Part shown: positions 28,939 through 38,686 of the stretch, in pieces
How positions within the stretch are numbered: position 1 is the first letter of the stretch
How the letters are laid out: every line of letters begins with the position of its first letter
Assembly: GCA_965248395.1 (NCBI GenBank)
Contig: OZ252103.1
Location: forward strand, 3,127,493-3,191,492
Origin: a bacterium
GTDB taxonomy: Bacteria; JAAXHH01
Length of the DNA: 64,000 bases
Direction of reading: 5' to 3'
Translations under genes and position numbers: made by a program
Notes under the pieces: generated by a model
What the model saw: the letters and a program-made list of their open reading frames with translations, nothing else
What the model was told of the DNA's origin: nothing
The model's database searches: none

Positions 28939-30642
28939 TCAAGGCATCGCGGCCCGCCCTTTTGCGTACCGCACCTTGCCGTCCACGATGGTATAAACTA
29001 CTTCCGTATCCAGTATCTCGTTCTCGGGTACGGTCATAATGTCCTTCGACAGGACGGTGAAATCCGCGAACTTGCCGTTCTCGATGGATCCGAGCACTTC
29101 TTCGTGAAACGAACCGTAAGCGGCGTCCAGGGTATACGATTTCAGGGCTTCCTGGCGTGACATGCGCTGGTCGCCGAACATTCCGCCTTCCGGAGTACCG
29201 TCCGGCAGTTCACGGGTAACGCTGGCGTAAAATGAAGCGATGGGGCTGATGTCTTCGACCGGCGCGTCGGTCCCGTTAACGATCTTCACCCCTTCCTTCA
29301 ACAGCTTCTGCCAGACATAGCCGCCTTCCACCGTGCGCGCGTGACCGAGCCGGTCAGGAGCCCAGGGAAGATCGGAGGTCGCGTGTATCCCCTGCATGGA
29401 AGCGATCACGCCCAGCCTGGCGAATCGAGGGATATCGGCCTCGTCCAGGATCTGGGTATGTTCATCCCGGAAACGGTGGTCTTTCACGTGGGGAAATTCC
29501 TTCATCGCCTTTTCGTACATGTCGAGCATCATGCGGTTGCCGCGGTCGCCGATGGCGTGGGTGCATACCTGCCAGCCGTGCTCGAGCCCGAAGCGCGCGG
29601 CCTCGTAAATCGAATCGGGCGGCGTGGTGAAGAATCCGGAATTGCCCGGGTCGTCTTCATAGGGCTCCAGCAGCCAGGCCCCTCGCGAACCGAGCGCCCC
29701 GTCACCGTACATTTTGACGGCGCGGATGGTCAGGAATCCACCCGGATGGGCCGATGGCTTTTTCAAGGCTCTCATGGTTGAAAGATTCGAGGCCATAACG
29801 TAGACCCGCATATCCAGCTTGCCCTGATCGGCGTACTCCCTGTACAGTTCGATCCCGTCCAGGCCGACCCCGGCGTCGTCGAACATGGTGATGCCGTTGG
29901 CCAGGCATTCCTGGATGCCGAGTTCAAGGGCCTGGCGCTGCTGGTTATCGGTAAACGGGGGGACGCGGACCAGCCCCATGGCTTTGTCCACCAGCACGCC
30001 CGTGGGACTGCCTTCTTCATCCCGTATGATGTCTCCACCTTCCGGCGATTGCGTCGTGCGATCGATTCCCATCAGTTCCATGGCCCTGGCGTTGGCGAAT
30101 CCGGCGTGGCCGTCGGCCCTTCTCAGGTACACGGGGATATCGGGCACGGCCTCGCTCAGCTTGTGATGGGTCATGAACCCGCGGACGGTGAGCGAACTCC
30201 GGTCCGTCCATTTTTCTTCGTGCCAGCCGCGACCGGTAACCCATTCGCCTTCCCCTAAGCCGTCAGCCGCCGCGAGCACCCTTTCGATCAACTCGTCGTA
30301 ACCCGAAATACCGACCAGGTTGACCGTCATCCTGGCATACCCGATGCCCATGAGATGACCGTGACTCTCCTTCAACCCGGGAACCACGGTCTGTCCTTCC
30401 AGGTCGATCACCCGGGTATCCGGACCGATAAAGGGCTCCACATCGCCGTTGACGCCGACGACCGCGATCCGGTTTCCGATGACGGCCACCGCCTGCGCCT
30501 TGGGCCGTTCCTCGTCGAGCGTGTAGACCGTGCCGTTGACCAGCACCAGGTCCGCCGATGATTTGCGTACCTGGGCCTGGCCTTCGGAGAACGAAATCAT
30601 CATCAGGCCTGCAATCGTCACCGCCCATACAGATTTCCGCAT
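28939..30642 (-). CDS. Amidohydrolase-3 family metal-dependent hydrolase, secreted
   Basis: Signal peptide. The HGHLMGIGY metal-binding motif is near the N-terminus, with typical Amidohydro_3 C-terminal motifs. Confidence 0.75.
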   Translation of the reverse strand: MRKSVWAVTIAGLMMISFSEGQAQVRKSSADLVLVNGTVYTLDEERPKAQAVAVIGNRIAVVGVNGDVEPFIGPDTRVIDLEGQTVVPGLKESHGHLMGIGYARMTVNLVGISGYDELIERVLAAADGLGEGEWVTGRGWHEEKWTDRSSLTVRGFMTHHKLSEAVPDIPVYLRRADGHAGFANARAMELMGIDRTTQSPEGGDIIRDEEGSPTGVLVDKAMGLVRVPPFTDNQQRQALELGIQECLANGITMFDDAGVGLDGIELYREYADQGKLDMRVYVMASNLSTMRALKKPSAHPGGFLTIRAVKMYGDGALGSRGAWLLEPYEDDPGNSGFFTTPPDSIYEAARFGLEHGWQVCTHAIGDRGNRMMLDMYEKAMKEFPHVKDHRFRDEHTQILDEADIPRFARLGVIASMQGIHATSDLPWAPDRLGHARTVEGGYVWQKLLKEGVKIVNGTDAPVEDISPIASFYASVTRELPDGTPEGGMFGDQRMSRQEALKSYTLDAAYGSFHEEVLGSIENGKFADFTVLSKDIMTVPENEILDTEVVYTIVDGKVRYAKGRAAMP

Positions 30643-30701
30643 GTATCCCTCCCTGACAAATAACCGATACGCCTGGCCTTCATTCCATGGCCCGGCGCGT
30701 G

Positions 30702-31118
30702 CTATACCTCGTCCTCCACGCGCCTGCGGCCTACTTCCTCCTTGATGTAGGCGATGATGCCGCGCGTCGAAGTACCTGGTCCGAACAACTTTCCCACACC
30801 CAGTTCCGCGAGTTCCTCCGCATCGGATTTCGGGATGATTCCACCGCCGGTGAGGAGCATGTGGTGGACGCCCTTATCCCGCAGCAGGTTTATCACCCGG
30901 GGGAATATGGTCATGTGGGCGCCCGACAGGATGCTGAGCGCGACCACGTCCACGTCTTCCTGGATGGCGGCTTCCACGATCATTTCGGGCGTTTGTCTGA
31001 GGCCGGTGTAGATTACCTCCATACCGGCGTCCCGCAGCGCGCTGGCTACTACCTTGGCGCCCCGGTCATGGCCGTCCAGGCCCGGTTTGGCTACGAGAAC
31101 GCGTATGTTGTCCGACAT
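30702..31118 (-). CDS. Methylmalonyl-CoA mutase, B12-binding small subunit / C-terminal domain
   Basis: [29 protein letters not shown]...[14 protein letters not shown] is the DxHxxG cobalamin-binding motif. Confidence 0.75.
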   Translation of the reverse strand: MSDNIRVLVAKPGLDGHDRGAKVVASALRDAGMEVIYTGLRQTPEMIVEAAIQEDVDVVALSILSGAHMTIFPRVINLLRDKGVHHMLLTGGGIIPKSDAEELAELGVGKLFGPGTSTRGIIAYIKEEVGRRRVEDEV

Positions 31119-31169
31119 GATCGATCGTTCTCCCACAACCTGTGAATCCGCGTGGTCAAAACCGCCGCG

Positions 31170-32108
31170 TCAAATCGCGAGTCTGTCCATGATCTCCCGG
31201 GCGGCTGCCAGGGGTTGGATTTCCCTTCGGGCTACGCGCTCGGCAAGGCGGTCCATCGTGTCGTCCGCGTCCCGAAACCCCGTCATCCTGCCGCGCCACA
31301 ATTCGCCGAGCGCCCTTTGGATGGCCGAACGGCCCTGCCTCAGGCGGCGTTTCTCAAGCCGCCCGTCCCCGGCGAGGTAGTCCCTGTGGGCGTCCAGTTG
31401 TTCATACAGTGCGTCCATACCGGTGTTGTCCCGCGCGCTGACGCGCAGGACAGGCGGTTTCCAGCCGTCTCCCCATTGCCCCATGTCCACCACCATCTGT
31501 AACTCCGAGGCGAACCGGCCGGCGCCTTCACGGTCTTCCTTGTTGACGACAAGCACGTCGGCGATCTCCATCAGGCCGGCCTTCATGGCCTGTATGCTGT
31601 CACCCGACTCCGGGGTAAGCAGGACTACGGTGGTATCGCTGACCTCGGAAATTTCGAGCGTGGACTGCCCTACGCCCACGGTCTCCACAATGATAACGTC
31701 TTTGCCGAAGGCGTCAAGTGCCGTCATCGCGTGGGGAGTCGCCTCCGAGAGCCCGCCCGAATGGCTGCGGTCGGCCATGCTGCGTACGAATACTTCCGGG
31801 TCGTCCCACGAACTCTGCATGCGAAGCCGGTCGCCGAGCAGCGCTCCGCCGGTGAAGGGGCTGGTCGGATCCACCGCGATGATGCCGACCGTGCGACCGT
31901 TCTTCCGCAGCAGCGAAGTAAGGCGATCCGTAAACGTACTCTTGCCGACCCCGGGTGGTCCCGTAATGCCGATACGGCGGGCTTGGCCGGACCGGGGATA
32001 CAGCCGGTTCAGAATCGTGGACCGTAGGCCTGTGTCGTTTTCCAACAGGGAGATGACGCGGGATAGGGCGATTCGGTCGCAGTCTAGGAAACGATCGAGT
32101 AGCTTCAT
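31170..32108 (-). CDS. meaB: Methylmalonyl-CoA mutase-associated GTPase MeaB (ArgK)
   Basis: P-loop GITGPPGVGKSTF and the VNKED G4-like motif. Confidence 0.85.
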   Translation of the reverse strand: MKLLDRFLDCDRIALSRVISLLENDTGLRSTILNRLYPRSGQARRIGITGPPGVGKSTFTDRLTSLLRKNGRTVGIIAVDPTSPFTGGALLGDRLRMQSSWDDPEVFVRSMADRSHSGGLSEATPHAMTALDAFGKDVIIVETVGVGQSTLEISEVSDTTVVLLTPESGDSIQAMKAGLMEIADVLVVNKEDREGAGRFASELQMVVDMGQWGDGWKPPVLRVSARDNTGMDALYEQLDAHRDYLAGDGRLEKRRLRQGRSAIQRALGELWRGRMTGFRDADDTMDRLAERVARREIQPLAAAREIMDRLAI

Positions 32109-32122
32109 AGCGAGAGCGGAGG

Positions 32123-33832
32123 CTATACCGTGCCGACTTTTATGTCTTTGATGTGCAACTGAAGGCTGGTCTGGCCACGGTAGGTGTTTTCCTCGAGGGT
32201 AAAGGCCAGATCGAGTTGATCCCGCCAGTCGTTCAGTCGATCGGCGTAGTCCGCCATTCCAAAACCGATCGCTTCCATGATTCGACCCTTCTGCCTGACC
32301 CTGAACTTGAGGTGTTTTTTGTCCACCCCCAGGGTTCTTGGAGAACCGACGAGGCTCAGGTTGCGCGATACCAGCACGGGGTGGTGGTTTGCCGATCCAA
32401 AGGGTCCGAGCATTTTCATCAGCCGAACCATGCGCGGGGTCACTTCGTCGAGTTCGATTTCCGAGTCGATATCGAGCCTTGGTATGAAGTCAGCCGGGGT
32501 TGCCCGCTCCGCCACCACCTCGTGAAACTTGCGCGTGAAAGCTTCGATGCGGTTTTTTGCGATGGACAATCCCGCCGCGTGGTGATGGCCGCCGAATTGA
32601 ATCAAAAGGTCGGAACACTCCTTGATGGCGTTGTACAGGTGAAAGTCACCCACGGTTCGGGCCGAACCGCGCCCCTTTTCACCCGCCGTCGAGATCATGA
32701 CGACAGGACGGTTAAAGGCCTCCACCATGCGGGAAGCGACAATACCGATTACACCTGGATGCCAGGTGTCCGAAGCGAGTACGAGGCCCTTGGCCTCCCT
32801 TAGGAACGGATCTTTTTCGACGATGTTCCTGGCCGCTTCAAAGGTGAGGGTGTCCTCCTTGCGCCGTCTTTGGTTCTCCACGTTCAACTCTTCGGCGAGT
32901 TCCGCCGCTTCTTTCCGATCTTCCGTGATCAGCAGGCGGACCACGCGCGTCGCGTCGCCCATGCGGCCGGCGGCGTTTATGCGGGGCGCAAGCAGGAATA
33001 GCATGTGTCCCGTCGACAGTTCCTTCTCCCGCAACCCGGCTACGTCGAGCAGCGCCTGCAGGCCGGATTTGTGCGTCTGCTGCATCATGTCCAGCCCGTA
33101 CTTGGTCAGCACCCGGTTTTCGTCGCGCAGGGGCACTATGTCCGCCGTCGTTCCCAGGGCAACGAGGTCCAAGTGCGTGTATACCGCGTTCTCCGGCAGC
33201 CCAACGTGCTCGGCCAGCGCCTGTGCCACCTTGTACGCCAGCCCTACGCCGCAGAGTTCCTTGAACGGGTACCCGCAGTCCTCCCGCTTGGGATTCAGAA
33301 TGGCCACGCCCCTGGGCAGGGTATCGCCCGGTACGTGGTGATCGATGATGACGACATCGATGCCCATTTCGCGTGCCTGGTCCACCTCCGCGATTGCTGT
33401 GATACCGCAGTCGACGGCCAGAATCAGCGTCACTCCGCGGCTCCGGGCCTCCTGCAGCCCTTCCGTGGACAATCCGTAACCATCCGTCAGGCGATTGGGT
33501 ATGTAGGAGGAAATCCGCTCCGTCAGCAGTTTGATCGTAAGGTACAGCAGCGTGGTCGCCGTCGTGCCGTCCACATCATAGTCCCCGTAGACCATAATGT
33601 GTTCCTCTCGTTCTATGGCGGCAGCGATCCGTTCAACGGCCAGGTCCATGTCCGCCATGAGAAAGGGACTGTGCAGGTCATCCAGGGTGGGCTTCAGAAA
33701 GAACCGGGCGTCGTCAAAGGTTGAAACGCCCCGGTTGAGCAGAATCTGCGCGATCACGCGGGGCACGTTGATCTGCTCCATCATCCGGGGAACCTCGGGA
33801 TGTTCGTCGAATAGGACCCAGCGGGTGTTCAT
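32123..33832 (-). CDS. recJ: Single-stranded-DNA-specific exonuclease RecJ
   Basis: DHH motifs are present (VYGDYDVDGTTATT, DCGITA, DHH in IIDHHVPG), with a DHHA1 domain and an OB-fold C-terminus. The track start at 33913 overlaps the 3' end of the RNase P RNA. An internal Met at about 33832 (MNTRW...) is more plausible, but the start is uncertain. Confidence 0.8.
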   Translation of the reverse strand: MNTRWVLFDEHPEVPRMMEQINVPRVIAQILLNRGVSTFDDARFFLKPTLDDLHSPFLMADMDLAVERIAAAIEREEHIMVYGDYDVDGTTATTLLYLTIKLLTERISSYIPNRLTDGYGLSTEGLQEARSRGVTLILAVDCGITAIAEVDQAREMGIDVVIIDHHVPGDTLPRGVAILNPKREDCGYPFKELCGVGLAYKVAQALAEHVGLPENAVYTHLDLVALGTTADIVPLRDENRVLTKYGLDMMQQTHKSGLQALLDVAGLREKELSTGHMLFLLAPRINAAGRMGDATRVVRLLITEDRKEAAELAEELNVENQRRRKEDTLTFEAARNIVEKDPFLREAKGLVLASDTWHPGVIGIVASRMVEAFNRPVVMISTAGEKGRGSARTVGDFHLYNAIKECSDLLIQFGGHHHAAGLSIAKNRIEAFTRKFHEVVAERATPADFIPRLDIDSEIELDEVTPRMVRLMKMLGPFGSANHHPVLVSRNLSLVGSPRTLGVDKKHLKFRVRQKGRIMEAIGFGMADYADRLNDWRDQLDLAFTLEENTYRGQTSLQLHIKDIKVGTV

Positions 33833-33904
33833 GAAGTCAATCAGAAGTTGGGGGTGAGCATGACGCGTGGCATATCGGGCTGAAACAGATTCCAGGTACC
33901 GTAA

Positions 33905-34285
33905 AACGTCCAAGCCGGCCGTAAGCCGAGTTCTGTACCTTCGTGCTGAAGGCGGCGATCATCTATCTGGGACGACTGTCGCCAGCCGCCTCTTGCGACC
34001 TAACCCGAGAGTCTCCGGTTTCCCGGCGGGCGAGACGGGCCGTCTCTCCTCTCCTATTCGGTCTTGCACCGGATGGGGTTTGTCCTGCCGGACCGGTTGC
34101 CCGGACCGCGGTGAGCTCTTACCTCGCCTTTTCACCTTTGCCTCCCCGAAGGGATCGGCCGTGTGTTTTCTGTGACACTTTCCGTGGCATCACTGCCCCC
34201 TGCCGTTAGCAGGCATCCTGCCCTTTGGTGCTCGGACTTTCCTCGTCCACACGTCGGCGGACGCGATCGCCTGGACGACTTGGAA
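33905..34285 (-). ncRNA. rnpB: RNase P RNA, bacterial type A (about 380 nt)
   Basis: The reverse complement contains the universal P4 core GAGGAAAGUCCGAGCACCAAAGGGCAGG, then ...GGUAAGAGCUCACCGCGG... and the 3' region ACAGAACUCGGCUUACGGCCGGCUUGG. These are collinear with E. coli M1 RNA landmarks (AGGAAAGUCCGGGCUCCAUAGGGCA ... GGUAAGAGCGCACC ... ACAGAACCCGGCUUA). Three ORFs in the track lie over it. Confidence 0.85.
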
Positions 34286-34388
34286 CGTTTTACTACTGTT
34301 AATATACTGATTGATGTTACGCGGTTCAACCCCGGCGTATGAGGATGGAATCACGGGGCGGGGAGGCGTCTGCGAGCCCGGCCTGGCC

Positions 34389-35123
34389 TCAGTACTCCAT
34401 GCCTTCTTCGATGATCAGGATGCGGCCGCAACTTTCACAGGATACCAGTCTGTGGCCCTGGCGGATCTGCAGCACGATCTGAAGCGGGATTATATTGAAG
34501 CAGCCAGAGCACGCACCCTTCTTTACGGGTACTACCGTCATGCCTCGCAGGTTTCGCCGGATACGGTTGTACACACTCAGAACCCGGTTCTCCACGCGCA
34601 TCGCCATTCTCTTTCGCTCGTCCAATTTAACGGCTACGTCCTCGTCTACCGCCGAAAGCCGGGATTCCAGCGCCCCGCTCTCTTCATTGAAGCGTGCGAC
34701 AAGCGTCTCGGTTTCACCACGCATGACCTGCAGCGTTTCAACCGCCGCCTCAGCCTCGGTGATCAACTGCAAAATAGCGTCTTCGAGTTCCCCAATAAGG
34801 ATCTTCTGCACCTGGATTTCCGCCTGAAGGGCGTCATATTCCTTGTTGGTCTTGACGCTGTAAAGCTGTCCCTGGTACTTCTTTACCTGTTCCTGTGCGG
34901 TCTGCAGTTCCCCTTCGCGCTGACGCCGGTCTCTGTCGAGTTCCTCGACCTTTGTTTCCTGTTCCGTCAACCGGGATACCGCCTCGTCCTGTACGGATCT
35001 CATCGTCTCCAGCTGGTTGGGAATCTCCACCTTGTACTGTTCGAGTTCGTGCAGGTCCTGATCCGTCTTCTGCAATTCCAATAGCGCTCTCAAGCTTTCC
35101 TGCATGCGTCCAAATCCCTCCAT
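34389..35123 (-). CDS. DUF164 / C4-type zinc-ribbon coiled-coil protein (COG1579)
   Basis: It has a long coiled coil (..ELQKTDQDLHELEQ...KEYDALQAEIQ..) and a C-terminal zinc ribbon CSGC....CESCGRIL. Start taken at MEGFGRMQ (35123), because the track's upstream extension would translate a hairpin. Confidence 0.7.
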   Translation of the reverse strand: MEGFGRMQESLRALLELQKTDQDLHELEQYKVEIPNQLETMRSVQDEAVSRLTEQETKVEELDRDRRQREGELQTAQEQVKKYQGQLYSVKTNKEYDALQAEIQVQKILIGELEDAILQLITEAEAAVETLQVMRGETETLVARFNEESGALESRLSAVDEDVAVKLDERKRMAMRVENRVLSVYNRIRRNLRGMTVVPVKKGACSGCFNIIPLQIVLQIRQGHRLVSCESCGRILIIEEGMEY

Positions 35124-35141
35124 GGAGATGAAAAGGCGGAC

Positions 35142-35172
35142 AAAAAAAAATGCACTCTGACAGTGCATTTTT
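35142..35172. other. Perfect hairpin flanked by A9 and T5 (a terminator-like structure readable on either strand) in the divergent intergenic region
   Basis: aaaaaaaaa tgcact ctga c agtgca ttttt. It lies about 20 nt upstream of the DUF164 start codon on the minus strand. Confidence 0.35.
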
Positions 35173-35419
35173 CCCTCGATTCAATCTGGCTTTGCCGAAC
35201 CCCGGGTCCGAAGAGGCAACTGCAGTCGGACCATATTAACAATAGGGCTCATAGACATATCCATCCTTTTCCCACATACTACTTGATTTTTCGATCTCAA
35301 ACCATAAAGATAATCTCGGAGAGGCGTAGTGTCAACCATAATCAGAGGAGGGAGTCATGGGTTCGGTCATTCGATTACGAGGCAACAAAAGCGAAGAAAC
35401 GTTCGAGTTGAATATTGTA

Positions 35420-35875
35420 ATGTCCAAATGGTTGTTTGCCGGCGTCATGGCGATGCTCATCGTCGCGGTTTCCCTGGGTTACGCCGTGCTGCCCGTCCAG
35501 TCGCAGGACGACCGGGGACGCAAGGCCATATCACCCGGTCAGAACTACAGCGAAGCCATCGAGGCGGGTGACTTCGTATTCCTTTCCGGCAAAATCGCGT
35601 CCGTTCGCGGTCGGATTATTCCCGGCGGCATCCAGGCGGAAACGAAAATGGTCATGGACAACCTGCAGACAGCGCTGGCCAAGTCCGGACTGACGATGAA
35701 TGACGTCGTCAAGGCCACGGTCTTTCTGGGCGACCTGAATGATTTCTCCGACATGAATGAAGTGTACCGGTCCTATTACACGGGTGATCCGCCGGCCCGG
35801 TCGACGGTGCAGTCGGGTGTCGTCCTGAACGCCGGCGTGGAAATCGACCTGATCGCCTATCGCGGCGGCAAGTAG
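35420..35875 (+). CDS. RidA/YjgF/TdcF-family protein with an N-terminal signal or anchor
   Basis: The RidA-fold motif is present (FVFLSGKIA......AETKMVMDNLQTALAKSGLTMNDVVKATVFLGDLNDFSDMNEVY..YF....PARSTVQ). The hydrophobic N-terminus is MSKWLFAGVMAMLIVAVSLG. A strong RBS (aggagg) sits before the upstream in-frame ATG at 35357, so the start is ambiguous. Confidence 0.7.
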   Translation: MSKWLFAGVMAMLIVAVSLGYAVLPVQSQDDRGRKAISPGQNYSEAIEAGDFVFLSGKIASVRGRIIPGGIQAETKMVMDNLQTALAKSGLTMNDVVKATVFLGDLNDFSDMNEVYRSYYTGDPPARSTVQSGVVLNAGVEIDLIAYRGGK

Positions 35876-35903
35876 TCGACGGAATCACACCATAAAGAGT
35901 AGC

Positions 35904-36923
35904 ATGATCGAAAAAACAACCGTTGGCGTGATTGGACTGGGGCTGGGCCAGGCCCATCTCGCCGGTTACCTGAAGAACGACCGGGCTTCCGTCATTGGAC
36001 TGGCCGACCTCGATACCGGTCTGCTCGAACGCACCGCATCCACGCACGGCGTGGCCCACGCGTTTTCCTCGTACCGTGACCTGCTCGCCCTGGGACCCGA
36101 TCTCGTCAGCGTTTGCCTGCCCAATTTCCTCCACGCGCCCGTGACCATCGACAGCCTTGCCGCGGGCGTTCATGTGCTTTGCGAAAAGCCCATGGCGCTG
36201 AACGCGGCACAGGCGCGGGACATGGTCGCGGCCGCCCGGCGTAACGACCGGTACCTGATGATCGCCCTGAACAACCGTTTTCGCACCGAAACCCAGATCC
36301 TGAAGAAACTCGTCGAGCAGGACATGCTGGGCGAGATCTACTATGCCAAGACCGGATGGCTGAGGCGCAGCGGCATCCCGGGCCCGGGAACCTGGTTTAC
36401 CCGCAAATCCCAGGCGGGCGGCGGTCCCTTGATCGATCTCGGGGTCCATATGATCGATCTCACGCGCTGGCTCATGGGCAATCCGAGACCGGTGTCCGTG
36501 GTCGGCGCCACCTATTCGAGGCTGAGCGACTCGGTGGAAGGCGTATTCGACGTGGAAGACCTCGCGACGGCCTTTGTCCGGCTCGAAGGCGAAATCACAC
36601 TCATCGCGGAAACGAGCTGGGCCACTCACGTCCCCTCGGAAGGATCATACGTAAAGTTGATGGGCACCCGGGGCGGCGCAGAAATCACGGGTAACGATCT
36701 GACCGTTTATACCGACCTGCATGGCGAACAGGTGGATATCACCCCCGCCTATACTCCACGGGAGTGGTCGGATTGCATCTCGGCCGAAATCGCTCATTTC
36801 GTGGACTGCATCCAGGCAGGACGCACACCCATGTCAACGGGGGAACAGGGCGTTGAGATCATGCAGATCCTCGAGGGGATTTACGACTCGGCCGAGGGTA
36901 ACCGGATGGTCCACATAGCGTAG
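35904..36923 (+). CDS. Gfo/Idh/MocA-family NAD(P)-dependent oxidoreductase
   Basis: The N-terminal Rossmann motif is VGVIGLGLGQAHL, with ..CEKPMAL.. and the Gfo/Idh/MocA C-terminal domain. Confidence 0.85.
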   Translation: MIEKTTVGVIGLGLGQAHLAGYLKNDRASVIGLADLDTGLLERTASTHGVAHAFSSYRDLLALGPDLVSVCLPNFLHAPVTIDSLAAGVHVLCEKPMALNAAQARDMVAAARRNDRYLMIALNNRFRTETQILKKLVEQDMLGEIYYAKTGWLRRSGIPGPGTWFTRKSQAGGGPLIDLGVHMIDLTRWLMGNPRPVSVVGATYSRLSDSVEGVFDVEDLATAFVRLEGEITLIAETSWATHVPSEGSYVKLMGTRGGAEITGNDLTVYTDLHGEQVDITPAYTPREWSDCISAEIAHFVDCIQAGRTPMSTGEQGVEIMQILEGIYDSAEGNRMVHIA

Positions 36924-37000
36924 TGGGCAACACGGTTTCACAACGGTCTCACGATCTTTACAGTCTCACGATCCAAGTAATCTTCTCAAAGTTCTTCGCC

Positions 37001-38002
37001 TTATTCCCTGTCCGAACCGCTGCCCGGGCCGAATCCGTATTCCCGGCAATTGAACTGTATCGTCATGTCGTCCGGTTTTGCGGCCAGAGCCCTGCGGCAG
37101 GCCCCCTCGGCATCGATCCGGCGGCCTGACCGTTCATAGGCGACCGCCAGGTTGTTCCACGCCGTCGCGTCGTTCGGATCGTTTGCCACGGTTTCTTCCC
37201 AGATCATCCCTGCACGGGACCAGTCTCCTTCCCTGACCGCGGAGATCGCCCCGTTGTCCATGGTAACGAATAGCCTCCGGGTGACCGGTATCTGCTCCTG
37301 GACCAGGGATGCCATCAGCCGGCTTACTATACGCCTGGCCAGGCTCTCGGTCAGCGCGGGCGAGACGATCTCAACGGAGATTGCTTCTTCCGGCGGCGCT
37401 TCGACGGGTTCGGGCAGCATGGTGCGATAGGTACCGGACTCCGTGACGGAATAGTTGTCCATCAGCGTATTGGAGTTGACCTTGTACGCCCTGAGTGTAG
37501 CCGTGATGACTGCCGTCTGATCGATGTAGGGACGGAAGTAGGCTCTGTGTATGAGCCGGATGCCGGATCTCCCGAGTACCTCTTCCTGCCGAAACACCTT
37601 TTCTTCCCCGTACTCTTCCAGATAGTCTCTTTCCAGTTCGCCGATCAGCGCGATTTCGGCGTTCAGTTCACTTCCGACGACCATCGCGAGAGAATCCGGC
37701 ATTTGTCCGGCCTCGTGGGGGTGGCGTGACAGGATGCGAAGTACAGGCCTCATTTCTATGGTCGACAGGGTGGTATCCGCTGCCAGGGCGCGAGCAAACA
37801 AAAACCCGGTCAGGTTATTCAGGGCCAGGTCGGTGCCATTGAATCCCAGGGGGGCGATGGTTCTCTCTCCAGAAAGACCGAGTAATGGAGACTGGTTAAC
37901 GTTGAACCGGACAGACAGGGAAGTAGACGCGCAACCGGGGAGGCACGCCAGGGTAGCCGCCACCAGGAGCGGCAAGCCCGTCTTGTAAGATGAAGAGTCC
38001 AT
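37001..38002 (-). CDS. Hypothetical lipoprotein with a C-terminal TPR-like motif
   Basis: The lipobox is LLVAATLACLPGCAS. The C-terminus has AWNNLAVAYERSGRRIDAEGACRRALAAKPDD (TPR). No family assignment from sequence alone. Confidence 0.5.
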   Translation of the reverse strand: MDSSSYKTGLPLLVAATLACLPGCASTSLSVRFNVNQSPLLGLSGERTIAPLGFNGTDLALNNLTGFLFARALAADTTLSTIEMRPVLRILSRHPHEAGQMPDSLAMVVGSELNAEIALIGELERDYLEEYGEEKVFRQEEVLGRSGIRLIHRAYFRPYIDQTAVITATLRAYKVNSNTLMDNYSVTESGTYRTMLPEPVEAPPEEAISVEIVSPALTESLARRIVSRLMASLVQEQIPVTRRLFVTMDNGAISAVREGDWSRAGMIWEETVANDPNDATAWNNLAVAYERSGRRIDAEGACRRALAAKPDDMTIQFNCREYGFGPGSGSDRE

Positions 38003-38144
38003 GATACTTGAATAGGTACCCTGCTCCCCCGGGCGCGTCAAGGCGATTTAGACCGGTCCGGTCACCTTGAAAGAGGTTGACAACCCGCCCGGTGGTTCTT
38101 AATCTACGCTTGACCAGCAACCACGTCGATACGGGTAAAACCAC

Positions 38145-38639
38145 ATGACCTCGTCACAAAAACCGCCCGGGTTTCCGGAACCCCGGAAGAAGTCAGAAAA
38201 AGCGCCCGGGAAGACGCGTCCCGACCCGGTCCGCCGTCGCCGTTTCCTTCAGAAATGTCTTGGCACACTGGGTGGACTCGGTTTCCTGATGGCCGTCTAT
38301 CCCCTCATCCGATACATCGAACCGCCCCCCGATGCCGAAGGCAGCAAGCGGGTTGAAATCGACCGGGCGGAACTGCCTCCGGGTTCGTCCAAGACGGTCA
38401 TCTACCGGGGTCGACCGACCATCGTGGTCAATGCGCCGGACGGCTATATCGCCTACAACGCCGTTTGCCCCCACCTGGGCTGCGTCGTCAAGTGGGAGGG
38501 AAGAACGCAGAACCTGATCTGTCCCTGTCACGGCGGCAAGTTTGGCACCGACGGCAGCGTTCTGGGCGGACCGATTCCCGGCCCCCTGACCGCGGTTGAA
38601 TTGTCCGTCAGCGACGACAAGATCATCATCGGCGCGTAG
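38145..38639 (+). CDS. Rieske [2Fe-2S] subunit of a cytochrome bc-type menaquinol/quinol oxidoreductase, with a Tat signal
   Basis: Tat motif RRRFLQKCLGTLGGLGF. Rieske boxes CPHLGCVV and CPCHGGKF. Confidence 0.85.
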   Translation: MTSSQKPPGFPEPRKKSEKAPGKTRPDPVRRRRFLQKCLGTLGGLGFLMAVYPLIRYIEPPPDAEGSKRVEIDRAELPPGSSKTVIYRGRPTIVVNAPDGYIAYNAVCPHLGCVVKWEGRTQNLICPCHGGKFGTDGSVLGGPIPGPLTAVELSVSDDKIIIGA

Positions 38640-38686
38640 CCGGTGCCCGGACTGTCCCTTCTTCGTGGAGCGTTAAAACAACCACC

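Noticed and set aside
33867-34329. Three small ORFs (33867..34175 +, 33943..34209 +, 34132..34329 -)
   Set aside because: They lie on top of the RNase P RNA gene and are artefacts of ORF calling over a structured RNA.
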